NCBI RefSeq assembly: GCF_018350175.1
Contig: NC_058373.1
Location: forward strand, 72,850,001 to 72,914,000
DNA: 64,000 bases
Source of the DNA: Felis catus
Taxonomy: Eukaryota
Direction: 5' to 3'
Below are positions 47,980 to 60,383 of this stretch, piece after piece. Below the pieces are notes generated by a model that had not been told where the DNA came from, did no database searches, and was given only the letters and a program-made list of their open reading frames with translations. A program made the translations under genes and the position numbers. Within the stretch, counting starts at the first letter, position 1; each line of letters begins with the position of its first letter.

Positions 47980-48512
47980 ATGCAGTCTGGACTGCCTGCT
48001 CTCTTGTGCACAGTGGTGGCCTTCATCCTCTTCGGTAAGGAGCCCACCACCCCTGCAGCCGGGGCCCAAGGGAGGAGGTTTGGGCAAGAAGTTAAAAGAT
48101 AACTTGACTGTGCCTTTCTCCACTTTGTTTTCTGGGTGAAAACTGGGCTGTTTGTGACAGCTTTCTTGGGAGCAGTGTCAACAACTAAGTTATTTTTTCT
48201 TCTTTTCTACAGGTTCCAGCAATACACAGAGTGTCACTCAAACTCCAGGTCCAGTGAATAAACAAGAGAGAGAATCTGTGAGCTTGCACTGTAGTTTCAC
48301 ACTCAGCTATACTTACTATGTGATGAGCTGGTTTCAACAGCTTTCCAATGGAAAGATGACTGAAATCATTAATCTTTATTCTACTAGCACAAACACCAAG
48401 AAAGGACGATATTCTGTATCTCATCAGAAAGGAAACAAAGCCCTAAGTCTCACCATCACAGGCTTGATGCCTACAGACTCAGGCGTCTATTTCTGTGCTG
48501 TTGGAGAAGCTC
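47980..48512 (+). CDS. T-cell receptor delta variable segment, copy 1 (leader 47980-48034, intron 48035-48212, V exon 48213-48512); probably carnivore TRDV5-like subgroup
   Basis: Leader MQSGLPALLCTVVAFILF ends G|GTAAGG; acceptor is TTCTTTTCTACAG|GT. V exon reads GSSNTQSVTQTPGPVNKQERESVSLHCSFTLSYTYYVMSWFQQLSNGKMTEIINLYSTSTNTKKGRYSVSHQKGNKALSLTITGLMPTDSGVYFCAVGEA with Cys, Trp and YFC, followed by a 23-RSS. It lies downstream of TRAV41 and is unlike human TRDV2. The subgroup name is tentative. Confidence 0.9.
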
Positions 48513-48551
48513 CACGGTGAGAGGCGTGATGGGGAGAGCCTTACAAAAACC
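48513..48551 (+). other. V-RSS of TRDV copy 1 (23-bp spacer)
   Basis: CACGGTG (48513-48519), 23 nt, then ACAAAAACC (48543-48551). Confidence 0.92.
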
Positions 48552-49349
48552 CCCTGGGCTCAGCATGAAACAGCCACCTGCTCCAGGAGCTTAGGAGAAA
48601 ACAACCCACAGAACAGGAAAAGGTAAACAGAAGGCGGGATGGGTGGCACTGGTGGGTCTAGAGAGGAAGTTGATGAATGTTCTAGCAACAATCTTTCCAC
48701 ATCTGGTATCAAAAGAAGAGATGTGGTTACAAAATCCCAGTCTCACGAGTATTTTCATCACAAAATCCCATAACCAATCAGGATATGCATCTGTCTCTTC
48801 TGCTACCCAACATCCATCCCTCCTTGTCTGGTGACCACACCTGGATTTTCCCTGGATAACCAAGCCACGCATCCTCCTACCCCATGTTGAGGTTTAGATG
48901 GGCAGACCCCAGCCTTGGACTCCCTGACCAATTAACATAATTCATCTCTCTGACCACAATGATTGTTTCAAGAATGGGTACCTGCCCCAAGTCTACATCC
49001 CAAAACTTAATATGAAACTCTTGGGAATACGTCTGGGGATGGAGGAGGCTAGGATATAACCCTACAGCTGTTAGCAGCCCTCTTCCCACCACAAAGGAAG
49101 AGCATGATCCTGAAGAGAAAGAATGAAACCGAGATCCCTTAACATTGTTTGAGGTCTGGACTCTGCAGTGATTAGAGAGCTACTTGGGATTTTTCAGTTG
49201 TACACCCCATCTGTCTTCACTTGTGTTCTTCCAGAAGATGATAAGGATTCAAGTACAAGTCGTTTAGTTGGGAGGTGATCCCAGGATGCAAAGCAAGGGC
49301 AGTGGGAACAATGACAAGGAAGGGAAGTCCGCCAGTGAAGGGCATGTGT

Positions 49350-50780
49350 GTTAATGCAATCCCTATCAAAATACCCCAGCATTTTTCACAGAGCTAGAAC
49401 AATCAATTCTTAAATTTGTGTGGATCACAAAAGACCCCAAATAGCCGGGCAATCCTGAAAATAGAAAAGCAGAGGCATCACTATTCTGGACTTCAAGGTA
49501 TATTACAAAGCTATAGTCATCAGGACAGTATGGCACTGGCACAAAAACACAGATCAGTGGAACAGAATAAATAATCCAGAAATGAACCCACAACCATATG
49601 GTCAACTCCTGCGACAAAGCAGGAAAGAATGTCCAATGAAAAAGATAATCTCTTCAACAAATGGTGTTGGGAAGACTGATGCAACCTGCAGAACGAAATT
49701 GGACCACTTTCTGGAACACACACAAAATAAATCCAAAACGGATGTAAGACCTAAATGTGAGATAGGAAACCATCAAAATCCAACAGGAGAATACAGGCAG
49801 AAACCTCTGTGACATCATCTGTGGCAACCTCTTAGTAGACACATTGCCGGATCCAGAGCAACAAAATGAAACATGTACCTTTGAGACTTCATCAAAATAA
49901 AAAGCTTCTGCACAGCACAGGAAACAATCAACAAAATCTATGAAATGGAAGAAGATATTTGCAAATGACATATCTGGTAAAGGGTTAGTATCCAAAATCT
50001 ACAAAGAACTTAATCAACTCAACACCCCAAAAAACAAATAATCCAGTTAAGAAATGAGCAGAAGACACGAACAGGCACTTTCCCAATGAAGATGTCCAGA
50101 TGGCTAACAAACACATGAAAAGAGGCTCAACATCACTCATCACCAGGGAAATACAAATCAAACCACAATGAGATACCACTTCACACCTGTCTGAATGGCT
50201 AAAATTAATAACACAAGAAACAACAGGTGTTGGCAAGGATGTGAGGGAAGGGGAGCCCTCTTGCACTTTTGGTGGGGATGCAAACTGGTGCAGCCACTCT
50301 GGAGAACAATATGGAGGTTCCCCAAAAGTTAAAACTAGAACTACCCTATGATCCAGCAATTGATTACTAGGTAAATTTACCCAAAGGATACAAAAATACA
50401 GATTTGAAGGGATACCTGGACACTGATGTTTATAGCAGCATTATCACAATAGTCAATCTATGGAAAGAGCCCAAATGTCCATCGAATGAAGAATGGGTAA
50501 AGGAGAGATGGTAGACATATACAATTGAATATTACTCAGACATCAAAAAAAAAAAGAAAAAGAAAAAAGAAATCTTGCCATTTGTGACGATGTGGATGGA
50601 GCTAGAATGTATTACACTAAGTGAAAAAAGTCACTAAGAGAAAGACAAATACCATATTACCTCACTCATATGTGGAATTTAAGAAAGAAAACAGGTGAAC
50701 ATATAGGAAGGGGATAAAGGAAAAAAAGGAGAGAGGGGAACAAATCATAACAGACTCTAAATGATAGAGAACAACCTAAA
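49350..50780 (+). mobile_element. Carnivore L1 fragment (ORF2 C-terminus and 3' UTR), disrupted
   Basis: AATGCAATCCCTATCAAAATACC..ACAGTATGGCACTGGCACAAAAACA..CTACCCTATGATCCAGCAATT..GAGAAAGACAAATACCATAT. Confidence 0.9.
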
Positions 50781-51157
50781 GGGCTTTCTATCACTTGCAA
50801 TCAAAAGAGACCTAACTAGAAACACTAATATAGACAACATTGGGTGAAACAAATTAACCAAACAAAATAGTTCAATACTACTTTTTAAAACTCCTGGCTT
50901 GCTGCAGGGGAGACAGGTTACAACTCCTCAGACTGTCCAGATTAGATCAGTTGTTCAGCCCTTTCCTCCCACATCATCCAGGGTGGTAAGGGAGAGGGAC
51001 AAATTTAACACTGTACCTGTTATTACACTGAACATTTAACTGTTCTCTCCCCTTTGAGACTCTTCTGCTCAGGGTCACCTTGCTTACTGCTGCCAGATTA
51101 ATCTCCCTACTGTGTCCCTCCAAAGAATCTTGCTTGCTTAAGACTTCTGGATTCCGT

Positions 51158-51383
51158 GGGGCTCCTGGGTGGCGCAGTCGGTTAAGCATCCGACTTCAGC
51201 CAGGTCACGATCTCGCGGTCTGTGAGTTCGAGCCCCGCGTCAGGCTCTGGGCTGATGGCTCAGAGCCTGGAGCCTGCTTCCGATTCTGTGTCTCCCTCTC
51301 TCTCTGCCCTCCCCCGTTCATGCTCTCTCTCTCTCTCTGTCCCAAAAATAAAATAAAAGTTGAAAAAAAAAATTAAAAAAAAA
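51158..51383 (+). mobile_element. Young felid SINE (SINEC_Fc-like)
   Basis: TSD AAGACTTCTGGATTCC. Confidence 0.93.
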
Positions 51384-51673
51384 AAGACTTCTGGATTCCT
51401 TGTGAGACTGTCCTTTTCCCAAATCTCAAATCCTGCTCCTGCTAGTTGCTTCTCCAGAAATATGTTTCCTCCCCATTTCTACCTTTTGAACTCACTGTCT
51501 CTCAAAATCTAGGTCACGCTTTGATGTTTCTGAGGATAGCCCAGAAGCAATGAGCATGCCTAGATCTCGTATCTTGGGTTCTAATACCAGTTTTCAATAC
51601 TAGGAACCAGGGTTCCTTGGAGAAATGGCTGATTCTAGGGCTGGGACAGGGAATATGCCAGATGAATCTGAAG

Positions 51674-52039
51674 NNNNNNNNNNNNNNNNNNNNNNNNNNN
51701 NNNNNNNNNNNNNNNNNNNNNNNNNNNNNNNNNNNNNNNNNNNNNNNNNNNNNNNNNNNNNNNNNNNNNNNNNNNNNNNNNNNNNNNNNNNNNNNNNNNN
51801 NNNNNNNNNNNNNNNNNNNNNNNNNNNNNNNNNNNNNNNNNNNNNNNNNNNNNNNNNNNNNNNNNNNNNNNNNNNNNNNNNNNNNNNNNNNNNNNNNNNN
51901 NNNNNNNNNNNNNNNNNNNNNNNNNNNNNNNNNNNNNNNNNNNNNNNNNNNNNNNNNNNNNNNNNNNNNNNNNNNNNNNNNNNNNNNNNNNNNNNNNNNN
52001 NNNNNNNNNNNNNNNNNNNNNNNNNNNNNNNNNNNNNNN
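51674..52039. other. Assembly gap (366 N)
   Basis: Run of n; the ORFs crossing it are artefacts. Confidence 1.
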
Positions 52040-52354
52040 GATGGGGCTATGTTAGGGGACATCAGAGTCAACTAAAAAAGCTCTCTGTGGCCAAAGCTGG
52101 AACAATTGAAGCAACAAAATAAAGTCATGTTGAGTAATAACCCAAAGTATAAAATAAATATCCATGAGTCACTGATATAAATAAATTATTGAATAAATAA
52201 GTGAGGCAGAACAGACAAACTTCCCATGCTTTAGAATTCTAAATAATTTATTTAGATACTCCACATTTCCAACTCCTCAAGTGTGGGCTGCACGTAGTGA
52301 GTTCCTTCCAAAAGGGACAATATGCAAAGGGTGACAAAAGAGCAACAGTGGATT

Positions 52355-52556
52355 GGGGCACCTGGGTCACTCAATCCAATAAGCATCTGACTCTTGATTT
52401 TGGCTCAGGTCACAATCTCACAGCTTGTGAGACTGAGCTCTGGACTGTCAGTGTAGAGCCTCCTTAGGATTCTCTCTCTCCCTACCTTTCTGTACCTCCT
52501 CTGCTCACTATCTCTCTCTCTCTCTCTCAAAATGAATGAATAGATTGTTTTTTAAT
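52355..52556 (+). mobile_element. Can-SINE
   Basis: TSD AAAAGAGCAACAGTGGA. Confidence 0.88.
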
Positions 52557-52862
52557 GAAAAAGAGCAACAGTGGAGAAACCTGTCAAATACCAGCCTAGC
52601 CTGCTGATCATGGTCAACATCACCAGAGATGTTGATAGCATGTCACCTTGATATGACGTGAAGAGAAATGGCATGTTACCTCTGTGATCTTCCTCCCCAA
52701 AACCCATAACCCCAGTCTAATCATGAGGAAATCATCAGAAAAATCCTAATTGAGGGACATTCTGCAAAGCGTCTAACCAATGCTCCTAAAAATTGTCAAG
52801 ATCATCAAAAATAAGAAAAATTAGGAGTGCCTGGGCACCTCAGTTGGTTTAGCATCCAACTC

Positions 52863-53479
52863 TTTTTTTTTTATTTATATCCAAATTAGTTAGCATATAG
52901 TGCAATGATGATTTCAGGAGTAGCTCCCTTAGTGCCCCTTATCCATTTAGCCCACCCCCCCTCCCACAAACCCTCCAGTAACCCTCAGTTTGTTCTCCAT
53001 ATTTATGAGTCTCTTCTGTTTTGTCCCCCTCCCTGTTTTTATATTATTTTTGTTTCCCTTTCCTTATGCTCATCTGTTTTGTCTCTTAAAGTCCTCATAT
53101 GAGTGATGTCATATGATTTTTGTCTTTCTCTGACTAATTTCACTTAGCATAATATCCTCCAGTTCCATCCACGTAGTTGCAACTGGCAAGATTTCATTCT
53201 TTTTGATTGCCGAGTAATACTCCATTGTATGTATATACCACATTTTCTTTATCTATTCCTCCATCGATGGACATTTGGGCTCTTTCCATACTTTGGCTAT
53301 TGTCGATAGTGCTGCTATAAACATGAGGGTGCATGTGTCCCTTCAAAACAGCACACCTGTATCCCGTGGATAAATGCCTAGTAGTGCAATTGCTGGGTCA
53401 TAGGGTAGTTCTATTTTTAGATTTTTGAGGAACCCTCCATACTGTTTTCCAGAGTGGCTGCACCAGCGTGCATTCCCAG
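52863..53479 (-). mobile_element. 5'-truncated young carnivore/felid L1 inserted into a SINE
   Basis: Poly(T), then L1 3' UTR and ORF2 end; 12-bp TSD AGCATCCAACTC at 52851-52862 and 53480-53491. Confidence 0.9.
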
Positions 53480-53573
53480 AGCATCCAACTCCTGATTTTG
53501 ACTCTGGTCATGATCTCAGAATTGTGGGAATGAGCCTGCATTGGGCTCAACACTGAGCATGGAGCCTGCTTGC

Positions 53574-53621
<48 letters not shown>

Positions 53622-53930
53622 CTCTGTCCTCTGCTCATTGCTCTTTTCCTCTCTAAAATAAAATAAACTTTAGGACACCTGCGTGGCTCAGTCGGTTTAG
53701 CACCTGACTTCGGCTCAGGTCATGGTCTCACACTTTGTAGCTTCAACTGTGCTGGTTCTGTGCTGACAGCTCAGAGCCAGAGCCTATTCGGATTCTGATT
53801 CGGGTCTCCCTCTCTCTCTGACACTCTCCCGCTTGTGCTCTATCAGTCTCTGTCTCTCAAAAATAAATAACAAACATGAAAAAAAAGTTTACAAGAAATA
53901 AATAAAATAAAACTTAAACTTTAATTTTAA
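53480..53930 (+). mobile_element. 3' part of the L1-interrupted SINE (head at 52824-52862) plus a second SINE (about 53672-53900) inserted in its tail
   Basis: The SINE body resumes after the L1 TSD; a second head GGACACCTGCGTGGCTCAG follows. Confidence 0.85.
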
Positions 53931-54344
53931 AAAAGAAGAAAAATCTGAGATATTGTCATAGCCAACTGGAGCCTAAAGAGATATGAAAACTAAATGTAAT
54001 GTAGTTTCCTTGGGGGACTCCAAAGGAGATGAAGAACTTTAGGCAATCAAAGTAAAACTACTGAAGTATGAACTGTAGCCAATAATAATATATCAGTATT
54101 ATTTATTAATTGTGGCAAATGTACTATTTTAAGACGTTCATCGTAAGGGAAACTGGGTATGGAGTATGGAAATTATGTGCACTATCTTCAAAACTTTTCT
54201 GTAAATCCAAAACTGTTTGAAAATTAAACATTTATTATAAAATGCTTATAAAACTATAGATTTCTTATGACCTGCATGTTGTGGAGGGAGAATTACAATT
54301 TTATGTATAGTCATATCATTATGTATACATCAAAAGGAACTTTG

Positions 54345-54660
54345 AACTATGTTATTCATACATGGCCCACTAGCTAACGTGGCTCTTAAACACTTGGATT
54401 GTGATGAATCCAAATTAAGATGTGCTGTGAGTGTAAAATACACACAAAGTTTCAAAGGCTTAGTATAAAGAAAAGAATGTAAACAATCCTATTAATAGTT
54501 TTATGAACCAATGTTGAAATGATATTTGGGGATTACCAGGTTAAATATATTTTTAAAATTAATTTTATATATTTATTTATAGTTTCTTTCAATGTGGCTA
54601 CTAAAAAATGTAATATATTTATATGGCTCACATTGTACTTCTATTGATAGTAGTGATCTA
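54345..54660. mobile_element. MER33/MER3-like hAT-Charlie element
   Basis: Diagnostic CCACTAGC..GTGGCT..AAGATGTGCTGTGAGTGTAAAATACAC; ends approximate. Confidence 0.65.
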
Positions 54661-56673
54661 AAAGATAGACATGAAATGTTAATAATAGTTATTCCCAGCA
54701 GTGGAATTCAGGGTAATTGTTTTAGCTTTCCTTTTTCTAATTTTTCTTCAATAAATGTGGGTTCCTTGTGCAATAAAAAAAAGTAATGAAAATAAAAAGG
54801 CGCATAGAACTATTGCTATGAAATGTCACCCTAAAAGATGGAAGCACCAAACAGAAATGTCAAGCCAGAGAGTCCTTCATTAATTAATTATTCATGCAAT
54901 CATTTGAATACACATACATTAAGTATCCCATGTACAAAGCACCGGGACAGTTTCTGGGAATACAAACACACAAAAAAAGATGAGCTATAATTATTTCCTA
55001 CAAGTTCACTTTCCACTTGGCCAGTTAGGCTTATAAATAAAACTTTAAAACACTGTAAGGTCAATGATACTATGGGATTCCTGTTGTCAATTCTCCTCTA
55101 TTTCCTGCCTTAAATGTTGCTGTTTTTCTGGCTCCAACCTTAGTCGAATTCTCTGTCCACACTTGGACAGAGAAACTAATACCTGTGTGCCAATGACTAT
55201 GCCTCTAACCTTAATTTTGCTCCAGACCTATGTATGCAGCCCACAGCCTTTGGGTCAGATGACCCTTGAGCAATATAAAATGTGTAAGTCTAAAACCCAT
55301 AATCTTTTCACCTCCCCTACTTCATGCTCTTCTGCCTCCATGTTTTCTTGTTTTAATTAGTGATACTGTCTCATCTTACAGCTCTGCGTAAAAGGCAGAT
55401 TTAGGTATTTTACTTCACTTCTCACAGCTCTTTAGACTTAGCCTGGCACAAGCCCACATACGATTCGCATTTAGCTGCCTCATCTCCTGACACATCTGTC
55501 ACCAACATAGACCTGGAATTACCAAAATACTAAATTCAGGTTATATCATGAGTTAACACACCTCTCGTCTCCATCCTTCCCTCTACCCTTCTCTTTGTTT
55601 GGAGTTTCCAACCTCATAACCACCTCCTCCTCATTGCCCTCTGACTTGTTCTCTCTCAAGCCTTCCTTGATCTTCTGGGCAAATTTAAAGTCTCTCTCCT
55701 CTGGCCCCCTATGAAATTTGTACTTATCTATAAGAATAGCACTTATCTCCTTACATAATTTTGTATTTATTGCCTGCTTCCTCTAGGATACTCAATTTCT
55801 TGAGAGCAAGGATTATGTCTCTTTCACCTCGATATTCCCAACATGACACAGAACATGACAAGTAGAAGACTCTCAGGTTTACTGAATATTTCCCATCTTC
55901 CTCCACCTTTCTTCCTCTACTGGGATCACTCTTACCCCCTAGAATAGTTCCTTGAGTGCCCCAAGCAGACTTCCACCTCTGGATATTTTTACAAGAGTAG
56001 TCTTGCTTCAAATGTTGCCTTCACCCATCATTCAGATCACTGTTCAAATGCTACCTCATCATAGACGTCTTTCCTTCAACCCTATATAGTTAGTACTCAA
56101 GCAACACATCCCTCTTTCCCCTTACCCTGTCTCACATTTTTTCATGGCAGTCATCATTAGCAGACATCATTATATATTTGATGGCATATTTTTTATCTGT
56201 CTATCCACCAGAATAAAATCATCAAGAAGCGTAGGACTTTGTCTGAATTATTCAACAAATGAATAAAGATCTGATGCACGTATGAAAAAAATAAGTGATG
56301 TTATTTATCACCTACACATGACACTGTGTCTCTTCCATTTACTCTCCATCTGATTTTATTCTCATCAAGACATGTATCTAGGACAAAAGAAGAAGTAAGA
56401 CACAAAACTTCCAGATTTGTGAAAGATAATAAGACTCAGTAAGGAATAATATTATAACTTTAAAAGGGGGCAATGGTTCAGCTAACCATTGTTTTTATTA
56501 ATTTTGTTTTGAGAATGCATTTTACCCTCTAATTCATTTATTCAACAAATATTTATACCACACCTATCATTTGTTCCTTTTGAAAACTTAAAACCTGCCT
56601 AATACATTTGTATCACTGTTTATAGTTTACAAGGTCCTTTCTGACATTCCAATGTATCCTCATAAACAATTCT

Positions 56674-58170
56674 TTTCCTAGAGGTTGCCCAGAGTTCCTA
56701 GTGGTCTCCTGCACTTTCTTTGGGCCTTTTCAACATGCTGCCTATGTCCCCAAGACAGCAAGGAGAATCTCTCATCTTAGCTAATTCAGAAAACTTTCCT
56801 AATGTAACAAAAAAGCAGAGGCCTAGCCCGTCACCTTTGCATATTGTATTGGTTAGAAGCAAGTCACAGGTCCCTCCTACACTCAAAAGAAGGGATTAGC
56901 CAAAGGCATGGACACCAGGAGGCAGGAATTTATCTCTCTATCTTAGTTCACCATCTGACTCCCAAAGATTAATTAATATTCCTTCTACTTGCAAAATACA
57001 TTCATTCACAAACATTCCCAATGAACCCAAGAGTCTCATCTCATATAGCGTCAGATCTCTTACAAAATCACATCATAAATGATGTCCAAGTCTAAATGCA
57101 GCTCCTGGGTGTCATCTGTTAAGTACAGCTCCTGGGGCACAATTCCTCTCCATCTGTCAAGCTGCAAAACAAGGGACCTGCCCCAACACATCTAGATTAC
57201 AGTGTTAGATCACACATGACCAGGAAGGCACAGGTTAATAGCTATATACATTTTGGTCCAAAAGAGGGGGAAATGAAAGGCAGAAATGAAGCTGGGCAAA
57301 CCATAGGAGTTCCTTGATTCGATTTAAGGCCTGGAAATAATTCTCAACGGTGATCCATTGGCTTTTACTTCTGCCCTGAGAGTCATCTCTTTTCTTTCAC
57401 GAAAGGTAACACATGGATGCAGTTGAGTAGTTTTATAAACCTGCTTCCTGCCAGTAGAGTTTTAGGGGTCTGACCTCCTCCTTTTATTCTGTATTCTGTC
57501 CCTTTCAATCCAAGCTGGTAGTGTTTCTGCTGAAATCATTTTCTCAAACACCTCCTGGGTCTCCCGTGGTTTTAATGAAGTTTACTCTTTTCAAAAAAAG
57601 GCACATCCATAGGTCCTTTCCAGAAAAACTGCACCTGTGGCCCGTGCTCTGATGGCTGAGGGACCAATCTCTTAAGCTTTTTAGAAGTCCTATTGTTTGC
57701 TTGGGAGTCACATCCAAATCTCTTGAAAGAGCTCCTTATGTGACTGAATAGTCCCACCCCTCAATCCTTCTGAGGTTTTGATGAAAAGTTATGCAGTCAC
57801 ACTGTCAGTTTTTTCACTCCATCTTAATTTTAGCACCTTTTTCCATTTGAAGAAATTGAGAACTTTTAGATTCATCCAGTCCTGGTTCCATTTTGTTTAA
57901 CAATACTTTCCTCCATTTATCTCTCTTCTCTTCATTTCAGCAGCAAGAAGAAACCAGGTGGAACCTTCATACGTTGCTTGAAATCTCCCCAGCTCTACAA
58001 CCGAGTTCAGCTTCCGCGTAACTATAGGAGGCAATTTCAAAATTTTTCTGCAACTCTTGACATGGATTCCCTTCCTCCAGTTCCCAATGACATATTCTTT
58101 ACTTCCTTCTAAGACTTCACTAGCAGTATCCTTAAAGTCCGGATTTCTGTTAACCCTTAATACAGAGCAG
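56674..58170 (-). mobile_element. Truncated MLT1 LTR plus longer MaLR internal sequence (duplicate copy)
   Basis: Homologous to 41885-42492, then continues with MaLR-int-like sequence (TTCCTCCAGTTCCCAATGACATATTC). Confidence 0.6.
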
Positions 58171-59401
58171 ATAGAGCTGTATCTAGAAACATTGCCAGCT
58201 TTCCCTCCCTGATGCACACCAGGAAGTCAGGATCATGCAGAAAGTCACTTCATAACTTAAAGTCTCGCCATCGGGCACAGACCTGATGGGTATTTCAAGG
58301 TGTTTCTCTCTTCCTTCCACCTGTTCCCAACTGTTCTACATCCACTATGTTTCTACATCCATAAATAAAAACTCCCAGAAAAAAAACTTAGACAAAGTCA
58401 GTAGGACTACTAACAGTGTTTTGCTTCTTTTAGATAGAGACAGTGCAAGGAAAATTCTATGTATATGGTTAGAAATAGAAAGAATTCCCAGGTAATGCAA
58501 ACTGAGAATTCTTGGAGTTCTTGTATCCCCTGAGATCAGAGTATGAGAGGGCCAGGCAATAAAGATAGAGAAGAAGGTACTAAAGTAGAGTAGCTGTACT
58601 TTATATGTTTGCTTGTTTGTTTGTTTGCTTGCTTGCTTGTTTGTTCACCAAAACTGAAAGGCTCTTATGAATTTTCAGATGTTGAAAATAAGGAAGTTTG
58701 GCTAGAGGGCCTCATGAGGCCCTTAATTCTAATTTTTGTGATGCTATGATTTGAAAATATAAAATTTAAATTAGTGTTGGTGTTGAAGTAGAACTCTCAT
58801 AATGCTAGTCTTGGCACTGAGGTCAAGCTCTTGATCTAGTTTCAGTTGAGAGCTCAGTGATGTTGGCCCCTATTAATATTCCAGCCAACCAGAACCCAGG
58901 GAAAACAGTGAAAAGTAAGGTCTAAGAATTAGGAGGCCAACTTGGATAATCAGCAATCAACTTATATATGAAAATGAGCACCTTCGTGGGCACATCACAA
59001 ATATACACCAAAAATCTGTCACACTCAAACTCTAAGTCCCAGGGGGAGATTTGCTAAAACGGATTACCTCCCAGACTGGTAAACATACAGGTAAACCTAC
59101 AGGTAAAATATCTCCTTTTTTCCATCCCCTGACATCTTTTATTTACCCTGCTATTTACTATGAGTAATTCTGCTTCTGGGTATGTTTAGATTTATTTCAG
59201 ACCAGTTGCTTTCATTTTATTTTTAGTTTTTCACTCAAGTGTAAATGTTAATAAAGTGATACTAGAATGTGTCCCACATCCCCAGTGGTCTAGGTGTTCA
59301 GGACCAAGCACTTTTTGTTACAACTCCTCAATCCATTCTAATGCACCCCCAGCCCTGAGAACCACTGGCCTAGAATACTTTAAGGAGGCTACTCCTCTGT
59401 C

Positions 59402-59420
59402 TGGCCTCCAGGGGGCAATC
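59402..59420 (+). promoter_or_regulatory. Candidate CTCF-binding element upstream of TRDV copy 2
   Basis: TGGCCTCCAGGGGGCAATC, identical to 43163-43181. Confidence 0.65.
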
Positions 59421-60064
59421 GTGCCACTAACACAACTCTCAGAACAATGAGAAGATGCTGACACTCTCTGGGGGTGGGTGAGAGGCCTGAACTTAGGACA
59501 AAAAAGGAATAAGGATGAAAATTAGAAGCCTGAACAATATTAAGGTAGTTGAGGCTGAATCTCTTTAAAATTCTCCTAAAGTTTAGGAAAGTCTGTGAGC
59601 AAATCTTTTCCTTCTTCTGCAAGCGCAATTGTCCCAATGTCTGCCTTAGACCCAATCCAAGGCTTGTAAACCTCTTTATTAGAAGGTCCCCACTTCATTT
59701 TCAATCCTTTGGATACGATTCCCTCTATAACGGTGGTTATAAAGGTTCATCCTTTGATACTCATGCCATGTGTGACTCTCCGGAGTGACAATTTCAGCCG
59801 CCAGGATTTCAGGGTTTTCTGAAATACTTCCCAGAAACATCCTGGAAAAAAGCCACAGAAATTTATGGTTTCTTTTTAAAGATATATAGGGTGATGGTGA
59901 GTTGTGGGGTCGTGAGAGCCCAGATACATGATTAGTTCAAGCAGTTTAGGAGATGCAAAAATAAACATTCAGCTGCCTACCTATCTGGTTAAGAATCAGT
60001 AGTGGAGTCTGGGACAGTGATCTTTTACAAACAAACTTTTTAATCTCCTTTAAAAAATATTACA

Positions 60065-60268
60065 GGGCGCCTGAGTGGCTCAGTCGGTTAAGCATCCGAC
60101 TTCGGCTCAGGTCATGATCTCGCGGTCTGTGAGTTCCAGCCCCGCGTCCGGCTCTGTGCTGACAGCTCAAAGCCTGGAGCCTGTTTCAGATTCTGTGTCT
60201 CCCTCTCTCTCTGACCCTCCCCCATTCATGTTCTATCTCTCTCTGTGTCAAAAATGAATAAACGTTAA
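60065..60268 (+). mobile_element. Can-SINE specific to duplicate copy 2
   Basis: TSD-like AAAAAT(T)ATTACA; the site is empty in copy 1 at about 43910-43927. Confidence 0.9.
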
Positions 60269-60383
60269 AAAAATTATTACAAAGAAATTAGAGAAAAATT
60301 GTACCAATCTTAATAAATGCAATGGATATGAACAAATAATTTCCAAATTACTAAAATAACAAATACAAATAAAAAGAATCCTC

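Larger units (their letters stand above)
41885..48880 (+). repeat. Segmental duplication, copy 1 (homologous to 56674-64000)
   Basis: Collinear homology from TTTCCTAAGGTTGCCC (~41885) through MaLR, unique DNA, old L1, the TRDV gene and its 3' flank. Confidence 0.92.
51520..54240 (+). mobile_element. Old L1MC/MD 3' region spanning the assembly gap, with nested SINEs and L1
   Basis: GGTTCCTTGGAGAAATGGCTGATTCTAGGGCTGGG and CCCAAAACCCATAACCCCAGTCTAATCATGAG are L1MC-type motifs. Confidence 0.6.

Noticed and set aside
48009-48015. CACAGTG inside the leader exon of TRDV copy 1
   Set aside because: No nonamer at 12 or 23 spacing; not conserved in copy 2 (CGCAGTG).
51514-52122. Longest ORFs in the supplied track (152-185 aa)
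   Set aside because: Artefacts of translating through the N gap.
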